Of a stretch of 64,000 nt of DNA, positions 60,929 through 64,000 are shown in pieces. Below the pieces are notes generated by a model that was not told the DNA's origin, did not search any database, and saw nothing but the letters and a program-made list of their open reading frames with translations. Every line of letters begins with the position of its first letter. Position 1 is the stretch's first letter. The stretch is from assembly GCA_048270185.1 (NCBI GenBank), contig JBLWTJ010000001.1, forward strand, positions 800,001 to 864,000. The letters are read 5' to 3'. The stretch is from Bacteriovoracaceae bacterium (GTDB lineage Bacteria; Bdellovibrionota; Bacteriovoracia; Bacteriovoracales; Bacteriovoracaceae). A program made the translations under genes and the position numbers.

Positions 60929-62235
60929 GTATTTTTAATCCTTAATGTATTTCCAATTAAGTATGCATTTGAAATAAAGCGATAGATACCGACTGCGAAA
61001 ATTGCCCCCCACAGTAGTAAGAAAGATTGTTTCTCATAGCTTAAATAAGCTAGTGGAAGAAAGCAGGTTATGAATGCTATCACCATATGACGCCCTAGAA
61101 AATCAAAGCGATTAATTCCGAAAACAAGCCCATCATAGACATAGGCGATGGCAACAGGAATCTGCGCAAGAGCAAGGAAGTTGATAATATCTAAAATTAC
61201 TAATTGGATACTTTCGTCATAAGTAAATAGCGAAATAATTTGACGTCCAAGAAAAGTGAAGATGAAACAAAAGGCTATCCCCACAAGTCCTCCCATCATG
61301 AGAAGTTTCTTGTAAATATCATAAAGGTCTTCATGTCCCTTGTTACGATATAAAGTCCCGCCAATAATATTACCTGATGTTGCGATACCATCAGTAAAGA
61401 ACGAAGCAAATAGCCATAGATTTAAAATAATCTGATGCGCGGCCAATGCTTTAAGGGAAATCGAACTAGCGACCTTTGTCGCTAAAAAGAAACTTAAAGT
61501 TAGAAAAGCTGAGCGCATAAAAACATTGAGAGAACTTTTTCCCATGTGAAATGCATCTGAGATAATAATCTTTTGTGAAAAAAATAAATGACGAATCTTA
61601 TCATTCATTAATATGAAATATAGACATACAAAGAAGCCAAGGGCATTAGCGAAGACTGTTGCTGCAGCGACACTTTGAAGTCCTAGGCCAAATTGATAGA
61701 GCCCCAAGTAAGAAAAGATAATATTAGTTGCAGTTGCAAGACCAATAATACCTAGAACAATATTAACTTTTGCCATTCCCCTTAAAACAGATAAGGCCGA
61801 CATAAAGAGTAAAATGAAAATATGGCCATATAGGCGAACTAAAAAGTATTCATCACAAAGTCCGTAGAGTCCTTTATCAACACTTAAGAATTCATAAACA
61901 TAATTTCTGGCCGGAGAGAAAATAACAACGAGGATAACTCCAATGGCAATGGCCATTAAAAAAGTCACTTTTATAAGTGAAACAACATTGGGATATTCTT
62001 TCTGTGCTAACTTTTGTGAGATCGCCTGAATCGGCGCGTGTACTAAAAAATTAAACATCCATGTAATGGATGACATGATAGAGACACCAATGGCCATGGC
62101 CGCAAGCATTCTTGTATCAAAATTTCCAATCAGTGCCGTGTCGACAATTGAACTTAGAGGCTCAAGCATCGATGCTAGGATCGATGGAATAGAAAGGGCC
62201 CAAAGACCCTTATATGTTAACCAATCGCGATTCAA
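60925..62235 (-). CDS. MATE family efflux transporter (DinF-like)
   Basis: LSIPSIL..EPL..VDTALIG, LAAHQI, about 12 TM. Confidence 0.9.
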   Translation of the reverse strand: MNRDWLTYKGLWALSIPSILASMLEPLSSIVDTALIGNFDTRMLAAMAIGVSIMSSITWMFNFLVHAPIQAISQKLAQKEYPNVVSLIKVTFLMAIAIGVILVVIFSPARNYVYEFLSVDKGLYGLCDEYFLVRLYGHIFILLFMSALSVLRGMAKVNIVLGIIGLATATNIIFSYLGLYQFGLGLQSVAAATVFANALGFFVCLYFILMNDKIRHLFFSQKIIISDAFHMGKSSLNVFMRSAFLTLSFFLATKVASSISLKALAAHQIILNLWLFASFFTDGIATSGNIIGGTLYRNKGHEDLYDIYKKLLMMGGLVGIAFCFIFTFLGRQIISLFTYDESIQLVILDIINFLALAQIPVAIAYVYDGLVFGINRFDFLGRHMVIAFITCFLPLAYLSYEKQSFLLLWGAIFAVGIYRFISNAYLIGNTLRIKNT

Positions 62236-62246
62236 TTTTATTTAAT

Positions 62247-62600
62247 CTAGTATTTAGTAATTGCTGAATAAATTGCAACAAAGATTAGGGCAAGAATTAG
62301 ACCTAAACCAGCTAGACGATTGTTCTTCATACGCTTTACTAAAATTGGTCCCAGTGCTGCGATCGCAACCCAAAGACCGACCTTAACCTTAACCCATAAT
62401 GGCCAACCAGCTCCATGGCTTACACCGATACGAGCAAGTAGCCCCATACCTGCAACAAATAAAAGTAAACTTGCTACACCTGATGTAATCTTAAATAACT
62501 TACCATTTGTTCCATTTGGCGAGATAAATTGAGGAGCAAAAGCTGCAACCATCAACACCAACATAAAAACGTGTAACACTTTGTAAAATTCATAACTCAT
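62247..62600 (-). CDS. Small four-TM membrane protein (SirB2-like)
   Basis: YEFYKVLH, four hydrophobic segments, WVKVK. Confidence 0.65.
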   Translation of the reverse strand: MSYEFYKVLHVFMLVLMVAAFAPQFISPNGTNGKLFKITSGVASLLLFVAGMGLLARIGVSHGAGWPLWVKVKVGLWVAIAALGPILVKRMKNNRLAGLGLILALIFVAIYSAITKY

Positions 62601-63100
62601 TTCTTATCTCCATTTCTCTCTTCTAAACCTGTCAGTCTATCATTTATTATATTTAAAGTTTTATTTAATTTATTCAACTCTCTTTCAAGCATAAGGTCTT
62701 CACGGTGCATATCTGTTTGCATCCCTTCGACATTTCTTTTTAGCATTTTTACCTTTCGTCCAATGAGTGTGAACTCTCCACCCAGTAATATATTGGCAAA
62801 GATGGCAGTGTAAGTAGCAAAAACCCCTGTCCCAAAAATCATAAGAAGTACTCCAACGATTCTTCCTTCACGAGTCACAGGAGTAATATCACCATATCCA
62901 ACAGAAGTTAAGGTAACAAATGACCACCAAATGCTATCACTAAATTCTGTTACATTCGGATTGGCCGCGAGTTCAAAGTGGTAGAATGCCATAGCAAAGG
63001 CAATTGCACCAAAGTTACAAATGACGGTAATGACCCAAAAATCAATTGTCATAAATAACATAAAAAAGCGTTCGACAAAAATGCGTAGGCTTGAGCGCAA
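62597..63100 (-). CDS. Two-TM potassium channel (KcsA-like) with C-terminal coiled coil
   Basis: WWSFVTLTSVGYGD selectivity filter; TTG at 63100 after GAGG chosen to avoid overlap with the divergent gene. Confidence 0.88.
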   Translation of the reverse strand: MRSSLRIFVERFFMLFMTIDFWVITVICNFGAIAFAMAFYHFELAANPNVTEFSDSIWWSFVTLTSVGYGDITPVTREGRIVGVLLMIFGTGVFATYTAIFANILLGGEFTLIGRKVKMLKRNVEGMQTDMHREDLMLERELNKLNKTLNIINDRLTGLEERNGDKK

Positions 63101-63145
63101 AAGTACCTCTTCTATAAATTTTAAATATAACTTATAATATTGAAT

Positions 63146-63886
63146 ATGAGCTATTTTGGAAACAGCAATAAGGGAGAAAAGATCTTTCGCGGTGCATATA
63201 ACTATTTCCGCAAAGACAATCTCTACGCTGAAGAAACATTTGAAGTCTACAGACGCCCAAAGCAACACCAAGTGTACTTCGAAGGTGAAATGCTGGCCCG
63301 TGTAATGACCGGTGAACTTCTAAAAATCAATGTTGCCTATACAGTCGACAAGGAATACACACCAATTAAAGTTCAAATCATCAAGAGCCTTGGGGAACAG
63401 CTCTCAAAAGAGATCTTTCTCTTTGATCACTCAAATAGTGAACTGAAGTACCAATTTGAGTGTGGAGAAGAACGAAAAATGGAGTCCATTGCAACTTCAC
63501 CTAAATTCTTTGTTACGACTCCATTAAGCTGTTGCAGCATGCTCTTTTTGTGGTCAAAGAAGTTCGACTCTGTTGGAAAGAATTACTATTCATTCTTCTC
63601 AACGAATAATAATTGGAAGTACGAACACCCTATTATTAATAATAGTGTCGTAGTGGAGCGTGCATCTCAAACTTCAGAGTCACTTAAGATTGATGGTGCG
63701 AGTGTTACGGCCATTCAATATAAGATTTTTGAAAAAGTCGATATGGATGATACAAAAGATATTAAAGTTGCACCTGAGATTCTAAGTGTCTGGTTATCAC
63801 AACATCAAACGATCCCTTATATAATTAAAGATAAGCAAGGGACAAATATTACTATCAAGTACCTCAATAATCTCGATCGCAGCTAA
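63146..63886 (+). CDS. Hypothetical protein
   Basis: Long beta-rich ORF; TATAAT 7 nt upstream of ATG 63146. Confidence 0.75.
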   Translation: MSYFGNSNKGEKIFRGAYNYFRKDNLYAEETFEVYRRPKQHQVYFEGEMLARVMTGELLKINVAYTVDKEYTPIKVQIIKSLGEQLSKEIFLFDHSNSELKYQFECGEERKMESIATSPKFFVTTPLSCCSMLFLWSKKFDSVGKNYYSFFSTNNNWKYEHPIINNSVVVERASQTSESLKIDGASVTAIQYKIFEKVDMDDTKDIKVAPEILSVWLSQHQTIPYIIKDKQGTNITIKYLNNLDRS

Positions 63887-64000
63887 ATGAAAAGAGTGAA
63901 GAAGTTTCTCGTTTTTATACTCATTCTGTCATGTGCGAAACTACCAACAACAAGGTTTGAGCTTAAGGAAGAATTAGCAAGGCCTATGAATGAACAGCTA
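63887..64000 (+). CDS. Putative lipoprotein, 3'-truncated by window edge
   Basis: MKRVKKFLVFILILSC lipobox immediately after the previous stop; frame open to window end. Confidence 0.6.
   Translation, partial: MKRVKKFLVFILILSCAKLPTTRFELKEELARPMNEQL

Noticed and set aside
63101..63271. Extended N-terminus of the potassium channel ORF
   Set aside because: Overlaps the divergent gene and its promoter; TTG at 63100 has an RBS-like GAGG
1..64000. CRISPR arrays, tRNA and rRNA genes
   Set aside because: No regularly spaced repeats or RNA-gene signatures seen by eye; intergenic gaps are short. Not verified with tRNAscan or Infernal

Overview
A chromosomal window from an AT-rich bacterium. Gene content and order (gspC-N, nqrA-F, ihfA-merR, secreted hydrolases, a Cys-rich pilin-like protein) suggest a marine Bdellovibrionota predator such as Halobacteriovorax/Bacteriovoracaceae; this is an inference. 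Most of the window is housekeeping or secretion: the end of a type I secretion locus, S8 and M28 peptidases, a hemC(D)-hemL-HK-RR-hemE operon, HK-RR-fabI-xth, deoC, an orphan CpaF, a full T2SS operon, ispA, ihfA/merR, radD and Na+-NQR. No rRNA, tRNA or CRISPR array was seen. Top leads: (1) an AT-rich module at 47.9-53.4 kb in which a heme-oxygenase-like diiron enzyme and a putative GNAT/LuxI-like acyltransferase, behind a sigma54-like promoter, converge on an orphan multi-TM histidine kinase, a candidate uncharacterised small-molecule signalling system; (2) a phage/eukaryote-like type IIA topoisomerase pair with histone-H1-like Lys/Ala tails and no pinwheel CTD; (3) a RAYT transposase bracketed by a 36-bp inverted REP-like pair; (4) a GC-rich multi-hairpin element downstream of nqrF; (5) recurring leaderless-type promoters. 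All calls are from motif reading only; no database search was run.
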